Shown piece after piece: positions 62,832-64,000 of a DNA stretch of 64,000 nt. The stretch comes from a virus. The notes under the pieces were generated by a model, which did not search any database, had not been told where the DNA came from, and saw only the letters and a list, made by a program, of their open reading frames with translations. The stretch spans positions 1 to 64,000 of IMG/VR virus record IMGVR_UViG_3300036820_000005; one strand, 5' to 3'. Both the position numbers and the translations under genes were made by a program. Positions within the stretch are counted from its first letter, which is position 1, and the number at the start of each line of letters is the position of its first letter.

Positions 62832-63123
62832 CCCCCGCGGCGGGATCGAGAGCCCCGCGGACCCGGCCGACGTCGGCCTCCAGGCAGGCAGCCGGAGCAT
62901 GCCCGCCCCCGCCGACATCGGCCCGCCCGCCCCCGCAGTGCTGAAGCACTTCGAGTTCGCCCACCTCCCCGGCGACCTCGCCGAGGTCAGCCGCATGTTC
63001 CACGCCCTCGCCCACGAGCTCGCAGGCCGGTTCCGCGGCGACGAGCTCGACGTCGCGCTGAACAAGCTCGTCGAGGCGAAGGACTGGGCGGTCCGCGCTG
63101 CCCTGGCGGCCCGGCACCGCTGA
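62824..63123 (+). CDS. Small helical-hairpin phage protein, possibly Acb2/Tad1-like
   Basis: F.FAHLP..L.EVS..F..LA....ALNKLVEAKDWAVRA. Confidence 0.55.
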   Translation: MSDPRGGIESPADPADVGLQAGSRSMPAPADIGPPAPAVLKHFEFAHLPGDLAEVSRMFHALAHELAGRFRGDELDVALNKLVEAKDWAVRAALAARHR

Positions 63124-63654
63124 CACCGTGAGTCTCCCCAAGGTCCAGCTCCGGGTCGACGTCGACGGGCGGGAGTACAAGATCGCCGAGGCGACGTTCG
63201 TCCCGGTAGTCCGGCTGGCCCCAGACATGGCCAGAGGCGTAGCAGCGGCCCGCGTGGACGTGGTTACGCCTCTGGCCCAGCTGCTCCGCGACATGGCCGA
63301 CCAGCTGACCCGTGGCTGCTGACGAGCCCGGCCAGCCGCTGGTCCAGCTGGAATGGCATGTCATGTGGTGCGCGCGGCACCTGGAGCCGTACCGGCATCA
63401 ATGGCCCGCCGGTGCTGGCGTGGCAATGGTGGCACTGTTCAAGGCCGCCGCCGCGATGCCCGCTGTAGCCGACGCAGCCCACGGCGACGCCGGCCAGCTG
63501 CCCGCCGCCCTCGCCCGGTTCGCCCCTGTCTGCTGCTTCGTCGGCAAGCAGGTCCTCGACCAGATCTACGCCGCCACGCGGCCGCCCTCGCCCTGACCGC
63601 GAGCCTTCTGCCGGAGCCCGCCGGCGCTGCCACCGCCCGCCCGACGATCAGCTC

Positions 63655-64000
63655 ATGTTCACCCTGACCTGCGACGGCGTCTGCGGTACGACCGCGTACG
63701 CGGACTGCCAGTGCCCCGACGGGTACGACCCGCGGACGGCCGGGCACCTGCCCGGCTGCCAGATGGTAAACCTGGGCGCCCTGGTGGTCTGCCCGGCAGA
63801 CTCCGACTGCTGCCAGGAGGACCACGACCACGACGCGGCCGGCAACGCCTGCACCGCCGACCACCCGGCCGGGTCCTGCCCGGCCCCGGCGGCGTGCAAG
63901 CTCTGGGCGAACGTCCGGTCCCACCACGAGGACCCCGACGCCGCAGGGCTCCCGGTGTCCTGCCCCGGCGGGCACTGCGGCAAGGGCGTACCGGACTGCA
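63655..64000 (+). CDS. Cys/His-rich protein, truncated by the window edge
   Basis: MFTLTCDGVCG..CQCP..DCCQEDHDHD..CPGGHCG; open to the end of the window. Confidence 0.55.
   Translation, partial: MFTLTCDGVCGTTAYADCQCPDGYDPRTAGHLPGCQMVNLGALVVCPADSDCCQEDHDHDAAGNACTADHPAGSCPAPAACKLWANVRSHHEDPDAAGLPVSCPGGHCGKGVPDC

Noticed and set aside
46741-64000. Virion structural or lysis module
   Set aside because: No ORF with the size or motifs of TerL, portal, capsid, tape measure or holin/endolysin. Prophage completeness cannot be judged from this window.

Overview
High-GC actinobacterial (probably Streptosporangiales-like, inferred) integrated element. The window reads as the left end and a very long early/accessory region of a large temperate prophage. 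In order: a candidate att site and tyrosine integrase (preceded by a stand-alone copy of its own N-terminal domain); an AICE/Streptomyces-type conjugation module (FtsK-like TraB, DUF2637, clt-like repeats); a divergent XRE/Cro-like switch; recombination and replication genes (ERF, UvrD-like helicase, HTH initiator with internal iterons, HNH, WhiB); and a DNA-protection operon (DUF488, DUF3560-methyltransferase, DAM-like/GNAT fusion, ParB-like, beta-clamp-like). About 37 kb of small, mostly unknown genes follow. No capsid, portal, large terminase or tail genes are visible. The best candidate novel system is a non-canonical tRNA-Gly(UCC) (19454-19528) that keeps GlyRS identity elements but looks poorly suited to translation. 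It lies 14 nt before the DAM-like/GNAT (Mom-like) gene and its ParB-like partner, suggesting a dedicated glycyl donor for DNA hypermodification. Second is a four-copy unit of promoter cassette, unrelated small ORF and a covarying 40-nt tRNA-elbow-like RNA. There is also an element-wide TTCTAC(A/G) operator-like motif and conserved gene-junction repeats. All family assignments are from motif recognition by eye; no searches were run.
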